The notes: generated from the letters alone by a model not told the origin. Shown: positions 1 to 11,455, numbered from the stretch's first letter. The stretch: DNA of 19,148 nucleotides from Tubiluchus corallicola (GCA_030141605.1 JAQGDQ010001964.1:1-19148), one strand, 5' to 3'. Made by a program: numbers and translations.

Positions 1-51
<51 letters not shown>
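1..51. repeat. (ATT)n trinucleotide microsatellite, truncated by window start
   Basis: 17 perfect ATT units from base 1, decaying into ACTATTATGTTATTT. Confidence 0.98.
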
Positions 52-56
<5 letters not shown>

Positions 57-981
57 TATGTTATTTGTATTTATTGCAGTTTATTTAGGTTTTTGAAAGT
101 TCTTACCAGCAAGAAGAAATGTGACAATAAGATGGCCGACTTGTGCAAATAGATTGCGCTTAAAAAGTAAAGGAACTTTGCATTTATTAAAAATGTTTAG
201 GCAAACATTACTGGCACTATATTTCTACTGCGCATGGATTTGAGGCGGAGTTAAAAAGCTGTCATGGTGATCAACTCCAACACGTCAGTTTATAGGCGTA
301 ACTTTCAGATGCATGAAGACGAGACAACTCAAGCAAATCATTTGCTTTGCGGTCTTGCTATGAGTGTGAGCAGTGCTCCAGGAAAAAACAGAGCAGTTTT
401 AGTGAAGTGTAATATTGATTTTAAGTGCAAAATGCATGATTTCGTTAAAAAAGTGAAAAATTTTGTTTTCTGTACGAAACAATTTATTCTTTGCACTTAA
501 CCACAGAAGTGATCACGCTTTAGTCTTCTATTTTGTCTAACAAATGGATTGTGGCTGCTTGGTGGTTTAAGAATGGAATGGTGGCATTTCATAAAACAAG
601 TTTGAAATTAACGTTCTCTCAGTAAAAGTGAAAAATCGCCTGGCTTTTCATTGAATTTACAGCTTCGTTGGGTTAAAAGCTTAACTTTCAAATTTCTCAC
701 AGAAAACTGATCATGTTTCACCATCTTGATTGTGAAATACGCGCCACTTCGTGACGTCATAGACGTGATTCGCCTGGAATGTTGCATGGAGTGTGAATTT
801 GCTTTATAAATTTATGTCAGGCATCAGCAAGCTAATTCTATCTTTATAACTGTCCTGCCTATGTTTTATGGTAAGTGTTTATCTTATGTGCAATCATTTT
901 AAATCAGTTACTTAATTTTATATAAATGGGTCTTGTAGTGCTGTGATCTGTCATGTAATGATAATGTTGTTTGGATACATG

Positions 982-1363
982 TGAGGGTTTTGCAGGTTTG
1001 ACAGTATGGCGGGTTTTGCAGGTTTGACAGTATGACAGGTTTGCAGGTTTTACAGTATGGCGGGTTTGGCAGCTTTGACAGTATGGCGGGTTTTGCAGGT
1101 TTGACAGTATGGCGGGTTTGGCAGTTTAACAGTATGGCGGGTTTGTCAGGTTTGACAGTGTGGCGGGTTTGGCAGGTTTGACAGTATGGCGAGTTTGCAG
1201 GTTTGACAGTATGGCAGGTTTGACACTATGGCGGGATTGCAGGTTCGACAGTATGGCGGATTTGGCAGGTTTAACAGTATGGCGGGTTTGCAGGTTTGAC
1301 AGTATGGCGGGTTTGACAGGTTTGACAGTATGACTGGTTAGGCAGTACAGCAGGTATGACAGT
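982..1363. repeat. G/T-rich minisatellite, ~26-bp unit GGCGGGTTTKGCAGGTTTGACAGTAT, ~15 copies
   Basis: Directly visible tandem units (starts at 982, 1008, ...). Units are 25-26 bp, with a few shortened units lacking one sub-repeat. Confidence 0.95.
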
Positions 1364-1366
1364 AAA

Positions 1367-1516
1367 AAGTGAGGTTGCGCAGAATGTAAGTAATTAAGTG
1401 AGGTTGTGCAGAAAGTAAGTAAATAAGTGCGGCAGTTGTTGTGATTGTCAACAAAAAAGTGCGGTTGTGCAGAAAATAAGTAAATAAGTGCGATTGCATA
1501 AAAAATATGTGCGGTT
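1367..1516. repeat. Degenerate 29-bp tandem repeat (AAGTGMGGTTGTGCAGAAAGTAAGTAAAT), ~5 copies
   Basis: Unit starts at 1367, 1396, 1425, 1457 and 1486; spacing is 29 bp except for one interrupted unit. Confidence 0.85.
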
Positions 1517-3308
1517 AATTACTTAACCTGCTTGCTTAGTTTAATTTAATTATAATTATCTTGGGCAGGTGGCGCCACAACATGGAAGTGTCTAATTCTG
1601 ATAAAATTAATAATGCCAATATCCGTGTTTTAGCTTCTTAGTTTTGCCAAGATGAAACCATCTGACTATCAAAAAGCAGACGCAGCATCATTGTGACAGA
1701 TAATGTCTGTTAACTTGACTTTACACACAGCTATTTGTTATAGTCCGACACGCTTTTGTGTCTTAGTTATTTTTTTCAAGGAAGTGCCTCACTTGTACTG
1801 GATTTCCAAAAATATTTTGCTCATGTTTTTCCCTCTTAGAAAGTCAAATGCAGAATTTGCCACTGAGAAACAAATGATGAAAATTATGTCCGGGTTCTGG
1901 ACGTAAAGATTAAAATTGAAGTCTGTCAGGAGTACTTGGTGTTGCAAGAGAACAGATGCTGGCCTTGGTCTTGAATGTTTTGAATGTTGAAAAAGATTTT
2001 ATTTTTTAAATTGCCAATTTGTTTATTTACAGGTTATTATCAGTGGAGCTTCAAAAAGTTCATGTGGCTAAAAGTCACTTTAAAACACGAAACATTTCAC
2101 ATGTTCTGCCTACTGTGTCTCACTGCAACGCTGGAAACGTCTAGGAAGCCACAATTACGACAAAATTCGTCTTTTTCCTTCAACAACTCTGTGAATCATG
2201 TGCAATGTTGTAAAAAATCAGCTGACTTTCAAATATCATAGACTTGGTGAGATTGATGACAATGTTGAGCATGTATACAGCACCTTGAAGTCTGTTAAAG
2301 TGGTGCATCAACTGATATGTTTTGTAATTTGCCATAAAGCCATAAAGAAAGCTGGAATTGTCAGCAAAACATTTCGTGTAGAAGCAGCTCTAAGAAAATA
2401 GTTAGAAGCTATAGCTGACAGCTCTGGTCCTTGGAACTTAATACACGATGAAAGAAAATACGACATAATTATGTAGATATGCCAAGAGAACGAGAAAAAG
2501 TCCAAACCTGTTTGAAACGGACTGAAATCGACGTTCGTTCATCTTGAGAACAAATAATCATTGTGCAGTGTCACTAATCTGAAAAAATAAAACTGATGAT
2601 TATGATTAACGATTAACTGATGTTAAGAAGCCTGCAAAAAACACTGAGTTACACTGTTGCTTCAGTGATTAGTTCATTTCACATTGTGAGATTGAGTGAA
2701 ACATCTCCAAGTATTTGTAAATGTGAAAGCTTGTAATGGCAATCTTTTTTTTATTTTGTATGGGACTTTGTGCTTTGCATAATAACACAATACAAATTTG
2801 TTGTTCAGCATTGTTCATAAAGTATGTGTTGTATATCTTCAAACTGTCGCCACTTAACTGGCATGATAAACTCATAATTGTTTGATGAACATAATAAATT
2901 GTTTTGTACTATTACTCATTGTTTCTGTATAGTGGATCCTAACAAAAGAAAGTTGCCTTGAACTTTCCACTTTTGGAACTCTACAAGCAGCAATCCCCTA
3001 GTCAAAAAAACCTTCCTTAAAAATGTAGATGGATGTAGCAGACCTTTAGCTAACTTAGGCTCATGTGGACGAGCATACATCCTTGATCAATAGACTTTTC
3101 CATTGTGTTACTTCAGAAACATAATATAATAAACATATAATGATCATCAAGGCAAATCTTTTGTAAAAGTAAGTAAGTTACTGTCACTATTGCGTAATAC
3201 ATACAATGAAATTTATGTGGTTTTACGTGCTGCTATATCTGGGATAGAAAGAAAATAAAGATCTTGTGGTTTTAGCGCTAATTGAGCGAAATCTACGACC
3301 AGGTGAGC

Positions 3309-3345
3309 ATTTCATCCAGGGGAGTATTTATTACCTGGATGAAAT
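3309..3345. other. Perfect 12-bp stem / 13-nt loop hairpin
   Basis: ATTTCATCCAGG (3309-3320) is the exact reverse complement of CCTGGATGAAAT (3334-3345). Function unknown. Confidence 0.8.
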
Positions 3346-3737
3346 CTATCTTTCATTATACCTTGCACCCACAGTAGGGGAAATAAATTTTTTTTTAAAA
3401 GCATCGGTTAGATAATTTTCCATGTGAATTTTTACAGTTCAGTTACATAAACAAGACTTCTTGTGTTCCCACACCATAATCGTTCAACTTTTACTCACTA
3501 GGTATAAATGCTGTTATTCTTTTCAATTACTGCGCAAATCCTTCCTTTTCCTGTATTTAATCGATCCTGCACAAAGCAGGTGATTTTATGTCACAATGAA
3601 TCTGATCTTTCATAAAACCTCAATTAAATAATTATCTCTAAGTAGTTTTTAAGATTTTCGGTTTAATAGGAGTTTTAGCTTTAATCCTATAATAGCTTAA
3701 GAAGTTTAGTCATCTGAAGAAGTCGAATAGGTACAAT

Positions 3738-4552
3738 TCTGGATAATTGACGGGTCTTTATGTCTTTTGAAAGCTCTTCAAGGTTGGTCATTGCTCAATG
3801 CTCATCCCAACATGGGCATAATCCAGGAAAAAATTCCTCACATCAATTTTAAGTAAAGAATTATAGTTTTCATTTTGCTGTTAATCACTGTTATGATGTC
3901 GAAATGAATTATTGAAAATTATAGCTGCTCTTCGTTTGTTGGGTTTAAGTGCATCTGAAGTTATTTTACAGAATGAGATTAAAATCAAAATTGTTGCAGC
4001 AGAGACCTCCATTGATTGCTAGCAGTTTTTGTAGAGGGGGTTTTGTAGGTATTTGTAAGTCTGCGAAATGTAACTTATAATATTAATCATGCTTTTATGA
4101 ATTCCTGAGCTTCGGTCCACTTGAGACGCTTTTTACTTCATGCGCAGAAAGACAGGCTAATAGCTGTAATTATGATTTCTGTAAAATCCTCCACCCAGAC
4201 CACTTGAGACACACTCTGTGAGCTGCACACAAAGCAGCATAGTTATTTCAATTATATAATTTTATGAAATCCATCAAACCAGACATGATAAACTACAAAG
4301 AATGTCTTTTACTGTAAGCTTTATGAAATCCTTTATCACAGACAATTTCAGGTGCCTCGCAACGCACAATAGCAGCTATAATTTTCAATAATTCACTTCA
4401 ACAACATAATAATGTCTGAAATCAACGATAATTATAATCCCTCATTTAAAGATGATGTGAGGAATTTTCCCAGGATTATATCTCTTAGTGAGTAATGGCC
4501 AGCCTTGAACAGCTTTTCGTATCAAACAAAGAGCGTTTCTGTAATTCAGAAA
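3738..4552. mobile_element. Degenerate long inverted repeat; possible old MITE/fold-back element
   Basis: 3905-3929 is a perfect 25-bp reverse complement of 4371-4395. Colinear imperfect matches extend outward (TGATGTGAGGAATTTT, TGAG-AATG-CCA-CCTTGAA-AGCTTT) and inward. The inverted repeat is seen directly; the MITE identity is inference and the ends are approximate. Confidence 0.5.
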
Positions 4553-4829
4553 AGAAATGCGCATTAGATTACATCATGTTCTAATAATAATATTGAGTTT
4601 TTTAATCTTTGGCAGGCACACTTACACAGAATTGTTCTTAGTGGTTGCCCAGGCTTGACCTGCCCCTCGTGACCAAAAATTGGTGGTCAGTTTAAAGAAA
4701 CAGCATTTTTGTATACATTTTCAATCTTTTAAATTTAAAAAAAAAGTGAACTTTCCAAAAAGTTGTATACAGATTAATTGGGAAGTGTATTGATAGTTTT
4801 CCAGCAGTTATTAGGTTTCATTATTTTTC

Positions 4830-4845
4830 CAAGATGGCGGCCAAT
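4830..4845 (+). promoter_or_regulatory. YY1/Pho-type consensus CAAGATGGCGGC overlapping a CCAAT box
   Basis: Exact match to the established YY1 consensus, with a second near match CAAGATGGCTGC at 5043-5054 and a CRE palindrome TGACGTCA at 5089-5096. Motif match only; no functional evidence. Confidence 0.3.
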
Positions 4846-5686
4846 AGCGACACTTAAGGGCATTTAAGGCAAAAATGTATTTCTGGTAGATATAAACATA
4901 TACCTCGGGAATCAGAAAACCTAGTTTCTGAAGATATTACATTATCAGCAATTTATTTATATTGTTTATAGCATTTTGTAAATCACAATGTATTGTAAGT
5001 AATTAGGAAACACGTTTGTAAAAATTGATGTTCTTATTATTTCAAGATGGCTGCTAAATGTAAAAATCTAGCGCCCACCTTGAAATAATGACGTCATCAG
5101 TAACTAGTAGTCGTGTAAAACATTCTGCAGTATCTGTTTGTAAATAAATAAAGTTAAAAAACCGGTAACGTGATTAAACGTACCTCTTACACTAACTTTT
5201 TTTCCTTCGTTTGTCACATAACCCGCCATGCCGTTGTTAAAGACGCAAAGCCGCTGCTATGCAGTGTGCAGATGCTATGTGCAGACTTAATGACTACGGA
5301 GTCACAGTAACTATATAACTGACAATGTTGTTGCATTTCTTGCGGAATATTTATACTAGAAGCCCCGCATAATAAATAATTCCTGCATTTTTATAATAAA
5401 CGTCACAACCTATTTTTGAAACTCATAATGATTTAATATACCCATCTGTATATAATGATTATAAAAAGAACGACAATTTTCCATCTTGTCGGAACCAACA
5501 TTCATGTGTAAGAGTATCTGTTTATGTACTATTATGCAAGAGCTGAGTTAACTGTACCAGTTTATCAATATTTTGTAAAACTTTTAGGCCCACTTGCCAC
5601 TAGCAATTTGATGTTAAGCACCGCAGAGCAAAATGGGCCATATAAGTGACTTTAAATAACATTTCACTTGTTTGAAAAGCGTTGAC

Positions 5687-5790
5687 GTTGAATAGGTACT
5701 GTATGTACTGCGGGATGGGAAAGCCACGCATCTGTCCTTCAACAAGTGCATACGTTGGAAACTAGGTTGAATAGGTACTGTAAGTACTGC
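5687..5790. repeat. 25-bp direct repeat pair flanking 54 bp
   Basis: GTTGAATAGGTACTGTAWGTACTGC at 5687-5711 and 5766-5790 (24/25 identical). Confidence 0.85.
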
Positions 5791-8257
5791 AATGTTGACA
5801 GAAACAATGAAAATGAGCTTAAAGAATTTTTCAAAATTGTGACACTTTTTTATGGTATTTGCAAAAATTAGTGTGATTTCTTATTCAAAAAGTTTCGAAA
5901 TATTATAACAAGTTTCAGTTTGGATTTTCGCAATTACAGGTCTGCTATACATCAAAAGATTTATAATTAAGCTTCTCTTTTGTGTAAGAGCAGCACCTCT
6001 TAAAAGATTTGTTTTTTTGTGTTTTGCGTTATCAAAATAATTTTGCCAAAATATTTGCACAGTTTTTGCGCTATTTTTGCACAGTTTTTGCACAGTGTTT
6101 GCAGGATCTTTGCGCAGTTTTTGCGCGATCTTTGCACAGTTTTTGCGCGATCTTTTTGGGCAGTTTTTGCGCGATCTTTGTACAGTTTTTGCGCGATCTT
6201 TGCACAGTTTTTGCACAGTGTTTGCAGGATCTTTGCGCAGTTTTTGCGCGATATTTGCACAGTTTTTGCGCGATCTTTTTGGGCAGTTTTTGCGCAATCT
6301 TTGTGCAGTTTTTGCGGGATGTTTGCGCAGTTTTTGCGTGATCTTTATACAGTTTTTGCACGATCTTTGCACAGTTTTTGCGCAATCTTGCACAGTTTTT
6401 GCGTGATCTTTGCGCAGTTTTTGCGGGATCTTTGCACAGTTTTTGTGCGATCTTTGCACAGTTTTTGCGCAGTATTTGCGGGAATTTTGCGCAGTTTTTG
6501 CGCGATCTTTGTGCACTTTTTACGCCATCTTTGCACAGTTTTTGCGCAGTTTTTACGTGATCTTTGCGCAGTTTTTGCGCGATCTTTGAGCAGTTTTTGC
6601 GCGATCTTTGCATAGTTTTCGCGCAGTTTTTGCATGATCTTTGCACAGTTTTTGCACAGTTTTTGCACGATCTTTGTGCAGTTTTTGCGCAATCTTTGCA
6701 CAGTTTTTGCGCGATCTTTGCACAGTTTTTGCGCGATCTTTGCACAGTTTTTACACGATCTTTTTGGGCAGTTTTTGCGCAATCTTTGCACAGTTTTTGT
6801 GCGCTCTTTTTGGGCAGTTTTTGTGCGATCTTTTTGGGCAGTTTTTGCACAATCTTTGCACAGTTTTTGCGCGATTTTTGCACAGTTTTTGCACGATCTT
6901 TGCGCAGTTTTTGCGCGATCTTTGCACAGTTTTTGCGCAGTTTTTGCATGATCTTTGCACAGTTTTTGCACAGTTTTTGCGCAATCTTTGCACAGTTCTT
7001 GCGCGATCTTTGTGCAGTTTTTTCGCGATTTTTGCATGATCTTTGCACAGTTTTTGCACAGTTTTTGCGCAATCTTTGCACAGTTCTTGCGCGATCTTTG
7101 TGCAGTTTTTTCGCGATTTTTGCACAGTGTTTGTGCGATCTTTGCACAGTTTTTGCGCAGTTTTTGCGTGATCTTTGCACAGTTTTTGCGCGCGATCTTT
7201 GCACAGTTTTTGCGCGATCTTTGCATAGTTTTTGCGCGATCTTTGCACAGTTTTTGCAATTTTTGCGAAATCTTTGCACAGTTTTTGCGCAATCTTGCAC
7301 AGTTTTTAGCGCGATATTTGCACAGTTTTTGCGCAGTTTTTGCGTTATCTTTGCACAGTTTTTTTGCGTGATCTTTGCACAAAAATTGCGCAACCTTATG
7401 CAGTTTTTGCGCGATCTTTGGGCATTTCTTGCCCAATCTTTGCACAGTTTTTGCGCAATCTTGCACAATTTTTAGCGCGACATTTGCACAGTTTTTGCGC
7501 AGTTTTTGCGTTATCTTTGCACAGTTTTTTTGCGTGATCTTTGCACAAAAATTGCGCAACTTTATGCAGTTTTTGCGCAATCTTTGGGCATTTCTTGCGC
7601 AATCTTTGTGTAGTTTTTGCGCGATCTTTGCACAGTTTTTGCGCAGTTTTTGCGTGATCTTTGCACAGTTTTTGCGCAATCTTTGCACAGTTTTTGTGCG
7701 CTCTTTTTGGGCAGTTTTTGCGCGATATTTTTAGGCAGTTTTTGCACAATCTTTGCACAGTTTTTACGCAATTTTTGCACAGTTTTTGCGCAGCTTTTGC
7801 GTGATCTTTGCACAGTTTTTGCACGATTTTTGCGCAGTTTTTGCGCGATTTTTGCACAGTTTTTGAGCAGTTTTTGCGTGATCTTTGCACAGTTTTTGCA
7901 CGATCTTTGCACAGTTTTTGCGCGATCTTTGCACAGTTTTCGCGCAGCTTTGCATGATCTTTGCACAGTTTTTGCGCAGTTTTTGCACAATCTTTGCACA
8001 GTTTTTGAGCAGTTTTTGCGTGATCTTTGCACAGTTTTTGCACAGTTTTTGCACGATCTTTGCGCAGTTTTTGCGCGATCTTTGCACAGTTTTTGCGCGG
8101 TCTTTGCACAGTTTTTACGCGATCTTTTTGGGCAGTTTTTGCGCAATCTTTGTGCAGTTTTTGCGGGATGTTTGCGCAGTTTTTGCTCGATCTTGGCACA
8201 GTTTTTGCTCAATCTAGCACAATTTTTGCTCAATCTTTACGCAAGTTTTTGCGGGAA

Positions 8258-8514
8258 TTCTTGATGGAAAATCTCTAGTGAGAGTGAACGTTGGGCAGAG
8301 CTAAACGGTTGCTAAACGTACCGTCTGGCATTTCACCATGAGAAATTCCTATCGCTTTCATAGTAATCATATCCTTGAATGAGACAGTTGAAATTATTTA
8401 CCGTGCAATCCTGTAATGACATTTGCAAAGAAACTGCAACTAAAGTTTTTTGCGATAATATTAAGTGCAGTAAGAGATTGTGAGTGCAAAATGTGTGATT
8501 CCATTCAAAAATTG
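8258..8514. repeat. Interspersed module A, copy 1 (257 bp)
   Basis: TTCTTGATGGAAAA...CCATTCAAAAATTG; high identity to copies at 9590, 11456, 13689 and 18392. Confidence 0.93.
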
Positions 8515-9589
8515 CGCAACTTTATGCAGTTTTTGCATGATCTTTGGGCATTTCTCACGCAATCTTTGTGCTGATTTTGCGCGATCTTTGCACAGTTTTT
8601 GCGGGATCTTTGCGCACTTTTTACGAGGCCTTTGAGCAGTTTTTGCGCAAACTTTGCACAGTTTTTGCTCAATCTTTGCGCAGTTTTTGCGCAATCTTTG
8701 CACAGTTTTTGTGCGCTCGTTTTGGGCAGTTTTTGCGCGACCTTTTTGGGCAGTTTTTGCACAATCTTTGCACAGTTTTTGCGCGATTTTTTCACAGTTT
8801 TTGCACGATCCTTGAGCAGTTTTTGCGCGATATTTGCATAGTTTTCGCGCAGTTTTTGCATGATCTTTGCACAGTTTTTGCACAGTTTTTGCACGATCTT
8901 TGTGCAGTTTTTGCGCAATCTTTGCACAGTTTTTGCGCGATCTTTGCACAGTTTTTGCGCGATCTTTGCACAGTTTTTACACGATCTTTTTGGGCAGTTT
9001 TTGCGCAATCTTTGTGCAGTTTTTTCGCGATCTTTGCACAGTTTTTGCTCAATCTTTGCGCAGTTTTTGCGCAATCTTTGCTCAGTTTTTGTGCGCTCTT
9101 TTTGGGCAGTTTTTGCGCAATCTTTTTGGGCAGTTTTTGCACAATCTTTGCACAGTTTTTGCGTGATTTTTGCACAGTTTTTGCACGATCTTTGCGCAGT
9201 TTTTGCGCGATCTTTGCACAGTTTTTGCGCAGTTTTTGCATGATCTTTGCACAGTTTTTGCACAGTTTTTGCGCAATCTTTGCACAGTTTTTGCGCGATC
9301 TTTGCACAGTTTTTACGCGATCTTTTTGGGCAGTTTTTGCGCAATCTTTGTGCAGTTTTTTCGCGATTTTTGCACAGTGTTTGCGCGATCTTTGCACAGT
9401 TTTTGCGCAGTTTTTGCGTGATCTTTGCACAGTTTTTGCGCGCGATCTTTGCACAGTTTTTGCGCGATCTTTGCATGGTTTTTGCGCGATCTTTGCACAG
9501 TTTTTGCGCAATTTTTGCGCAATCTTTGCGCAGTTTTTGCGGGATCTTTGTGCAGTTTTTGCGCAATCTTTACGCAGTTTTTGCGGGAG

Positions 9590-9846
9590 TTCTTGATGGA
9601 AAATTTCTAGTGAGTGTGAACGTTGGGCAGAGCTAAACAGTTGCTAAACGTACCGTCTGGCATTTCACCATGACAAATTCCTATCGCTTTCATAAGAATC
9701 ATATCCTTGAATGAGACAGTTGAAATCATTTACCGTGCAATCCTGCTATGACATTTGCAAAGAAACTGCAACTAAAGTGTTTTGCGACAATATTAAGTGC
9801 AGGAAGAGATTGTGAGTGCAAAATGTGTGATTCCATTCAAAAATTG
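9590..9846. repeat. Module A, copy 2 (257 bp), followed by a ~76-bp linker and module B
   Basis: Colinear with copy 1 but with diagnostic variants CATGACAAA, TAAGAATC, CCTGCTATG, CAGGAAG. Confidence 0.93.
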
Positions 9847-9922
9847 AAAATTTCGTCTCTGTGAGAAGTAAATTATTCTTCGTGCTCAGATAGTTCGCGT
9901 ATTATTGCGTATTCGTTTTCGT

Positions 9923-10676
9923 TTTGCCTGAGAAATAAATTGTGGCTGCATTGCGTTTTTAGTGAATTCAAGCGAGGCTATTGCAACACTTTACTTGGCC
10001 AAGCGTTATACAAATAATTTAATACTGTTTATTATGACACAAGTTTAATGCAATATCATTTAAAGCATCAGTTCTGTTACCATATTTAGAGTTTTAACCA
10101 ATAACTTTCCTTCTCTTATTCATACATCAGCTGTCTACGTTTTTAGTACCATAATTAGTAAAACCATCTGAACCTGCACTGCGTTGCTATCTGGCAAAGG
10201 AAATAATATGAAAATAAGTTACACTGCCATGTAAAAAATCTTTATAATTTTTGCGGAGTGCTGCTTTTAACTGCATCAGCCAGCTGCACGCATGACAAGC
10301 AAACCAGAGCCTGCATTGTGCTGCCATCTAGCAACAAAAATAATATAACAACACCTTATACTGCCCTGCAACTTAAGGTTCATAATTTCTGTGGAGTACT
10401 TGTTTTAAATGCTTTTGACTGTTGTACGCACACAAAGTCTACCAGAGACTGCACTGTGCTGCCATCTAGCAATGGAAATAAAATGAAAACAGCTTATTCT
10501 TCCTTGTAAAAAAGCTTCTTAATTTCTGTAGACTGCTGATTTTAACTGCACTTGACTGTTATGCACATGGTAAGTTCATCACATGTTGCACTGTGCTGCC
10601 ATCTAGCAACGGAAATAAAATGAAAGCTGCTTATGCTGCCTCGTAAAAAAGCTTGTTAATTTTTGTAGACTGCTGA
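9923..10676. repeat. Interspersed module B, copy 1 (754 bp)
   Basis: TTTGCCTGAGAAATAAATTGTGG...GTAGACTGCTGA; repeated at 11789 and, with an internal deletion, at 14746. Confidence 0.93.
10174..10676. repeat. Diverged 137-138 bp tandem sub-repeat inside module B (about 3.7 units)
   Basis: Homologous unit starts YTGCAYTG at 10174, 10311, 10449 and 10586, each followed by TGCYATCTRGCAA and AAATAAWAT. The same array recurs at 12040-12542. Confidence 0.88.
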
Positions 10677-11455
10677 TTTTTGCGGGATATTTGCACAGTT
10701 TTTGCGCAATATTTGTACAGCTTTTGCGCAATCTTTGCCCAGTTTTTGCGCAGTTTTTGCGCAAACTTTGCACAGTTTTTGCTCAATCTTTGCGCAGTTT
10801 TTGCGCAATCTTTGCACAGTTTTTGCACGATCTTTGGGCAGTTTTTGCGCGATCTTTGCACAGTTTTTGAGCGATCTTTGTACAGTTATTGCGCAGTTTT
10901 TGCATGATCTTTGCACAGTTTTTGCACAGTTTTTGCACGATCTTTGTGCAGTTTTTGCGCAATCTTTGCACAGTTTTTGTGCGCTCTTTTTGGGCAGTTT
11001 TTGCGCGATCTTTTTGGGCAGTTTTTGCGCAATCTTTGGGCAGTTTTTTCGCGATTTTTGCACAGTTTTTGCACGATCTTTGCGCAGTTTTTGCGCGATC
11101 TTTGCACAGTTTTTGCATGATCTTTGCACAGTTTTTGCGCGATCTTTGCACAATTTTTGCGCGATCTTTGCACAGTTTTTACGCGATCTTTTTGGGTAGT
11201 TTTTGCGCAATCTTTGGGCAGTTTTTTCGCGATTTTTGCACAGTGTTTGCGCGATCTTTGCGCAGTTTTTGCGCAGTTTTTGCGTGATCTTTGCACAGTT
11301 TTTGCGCGCGATCTTTGCACAGTTTTTGCGCGATCTTTGCATAGTTTTTGCGCGATCTTTGCACAGTTTTTGCGCAATTTTTGCGCAATCTTTGCGCAGT
11401 TTTTGCGGGATCTTTGTGCAGTTTTTGCGCAATCTTTACGCAGTTTTTGCGGGAG

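Noticed and set aside
264-2875. Short ORFs (65-85 aa) in the unique region as standalone CDS
   Set aside because: No recognisable domains, and the lengths are compatible with chance in six frames.
5687-5790. Two-repeat mini-CRISPR
   Set aside because: Only two repeats, a 54-bp spacer, and no cas or leader context.
9590-9660. CTAG near the start of module A as a Helitron 3' end
   Set aside because: No GC-rich hairpin just upstream on either strand and no identifiable TC 5' end.
9689-9846. Peptide FIRIISLNETVEII in module A loosely recalling a Penelope-type reverse transcriptase segment
   Set aside because: The resemblance is short, the frame has several stops and no catalytic RT motifs are nearby; it needs a TBLASTX/HMM hit before being claimed.
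10258-10509. 83-aa ORF conserved in two copies (also 12124-12375)
   Set aside because: It starts at GTG, lies across the 137-bp sub-repeats, is identical only because the duplication is recent, and is deleted in module B copy 3.
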